Assembly (NCBI GenBank): GCA_965655095.1
Contig: OZ296652.1
Coordinates: 71,920,001 to 71,984,000, forward strand
Direction: 5' to 3'
DNA length: 64,000 bases
Origin: Haplodiscus bocki
Lineage: Eukaryota
Shown: positions 62,600-64,000 of the stretch, piece by piece
Position numbering within the stretch: the first letter of the stretch is position 1
Layout: every line of letters starts with the position of its first letter
Position numbers and translations under genes: made by a program
The notes under the pieces: model-generated
The model's input: only the letters and a program-made list of their open reading frames with translations
What the model was told of the DNA's origin: nothing
Databases searched by the model: none

Positions 62600-63850
62600 T
62601 TTCTGCAGTTGTTTACACTTCATATATACTAGCTCTGTATTTTATGATCAGTTTTTTTATTGATTTCGTTATCTGACCATCCCCTCACGCATCTTTGTGG
62701 TTGTGCAGTGTCGCTTCCTATTTAGTAATGGTTGCATACTTCTTGTACGCGAATTCAAATTGGCTTAATCTGTGCATTCCCTCAATCTTGTCGTTGGCAA
62801 TTCACAAATATATTTGCAATTTAGACGCTATGAGGCCAGGTTAGAACTCGGGCTTGAACTGTTACGTTACGCTTTCGAAGCACTTGCCGTTTGTTTCTTT
62901 CTTGTCCTCTGTGATCCATGGGTGCAGAGCCATGTGCCTGACTGTATTTTTCCAATTCTTTCTCCTTATGATATAGGCGAAAGAATTACTGCAACTGGTA
63001 CTGATATGTTGGCTTCCTTATTCAATCAGTTTGCGCCAGTGTTGCTGTGTTTCCCGTCTGTTACCCTTACCTGCTTATCGATTTGCTTTGTTCTAACTAA
63101 TAACACTATCGGAGGATGATTGTTTTGGATGCTCTGGAATCATCTATTCTGTAAACGTGACCAATGCTCCTGAGAAATCTGGTTTCCGTTTTCCTGCGTA
63201 CTGACTGTACATCAAGTAAAATCCAAACGTATTGGATTGACTTTGTTTTTGCAGGGTGGGCTTTTAGATGTTGGTTACTACATGGGTGGGTTCCGTCCAT
63301 TCTCGTATCAAGGTTTTTTTCGTCGTTTTTCTATAACTTAAGAAGCAGGACAACTTGTTGGCTCTCGGTCTGAGCATGTTGTGAACTAGCTAACTAGCTC
63401 AGTATCGTACATGTAGTTTAGAACTTCACAGGTCGCTGTCTTTGCGATGTTCATTCTTACTTGACCTTACTTATCCTCGCCTGAACCACAATCCCCTACC
63501 TCACAAATTGCTTCCTTATACCGAAAACTTCTCCGAAGTAGTGATCTGTTGAGCCACTGGGTTGGTTTTTGTATTAGCTCCTCGTTGCATCTGGTTACAA
63601 ACAATGTTTTGCATTCTGTTATTTATCCCAAATTTTTTCCATTGCACCTCCCCTCGCAGCGGAAAATCGGTTCCGGAAATCTTCTGCAGTTATTGCGATT
63701 CATGTCGTAGGGTGGCTTCACCTGGCCTCCAGGCTTTTCAGGGCATCGTGGCATCGTGCATGTCATCAAAATCATCTTTGTTCATCTTTTACTTTCTTCG
63801 TATATTGTTTGCCGCCAATCTCTTCCCAGTTTTTTCAGTGTACTTTTCAC
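62600..63850 (-). mobile_element. RTE-clade LINE 3' fragment
   Basis: DDFDDM (FADD-like, ~63760-63778) and RFLRSIGHVYRIDDSRASKTIIL (RTE RLRWxGHVxRMxxxRxxK motif), followed by a basic C-terminus. Confidence 0.75.
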
Positions 63851-64000
63851 GCTTTTCTTAGCTTTGGTAACATTTTTAATTAATTAAATTTACTTTTGAA
63901 GTTTGCTTCACATTTGAGGGTGAATTCAGACTGAAGCCAATAAATCAATGTGGTCTATGTCAGCGAAACCGGATTACGTTTGATTTTGCTGCATTTCACT

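Noticed and set aside
62772-63861. Hydrophobic plus-strand ORFs resembling membrane proteins
   Set aside because: They are the antisense shadow of the Lys/Arg-rich RTE reverse transcriptase on the minus strand.

Overview
AT-rich eukaryotic DNA, most likely from an invertebrate animal (spliceosomal introns, a rhodopsin-type GPCR, metazoan-type transposon families); the species cannot be determined from the sequence. Only the ends of the window hold host genes. At the left is a head-to-head pair: intronless ATPAF1/ATP11 (minus strand) and a two-exon CAP-Gly protein gene (plus strand). At the right is a rhodopsin-like GPCR locus (minus strand) with an intact last exon and a frameshifted 5' half. 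The ~50 kb between them is nested, decayed mobile DNA: a FLYWCH-MULE transposon with TIRs, an intron and an inserted MITE; two tail-to-tail CR1/L2-type LINEs; several Ty3/Gypsy remnants; a BEL/Pao element; several MITEs; and an RTE LINE at the far right. The two most notable items are invisible in the ORF track. One is an env-bearing Gypsy (endogenous retrovirus-like) element whose fusion-protein gene is split by a 4.3-kb antisense Gypsy insert. The other is a Polinton/Maverick-like relic with a protein-primed DNA polymerase B and a packaging-ATPase-like gene. All calls come from manual translation and motif recognition; no searches were run, and boundaries of decayed elements are approximate.
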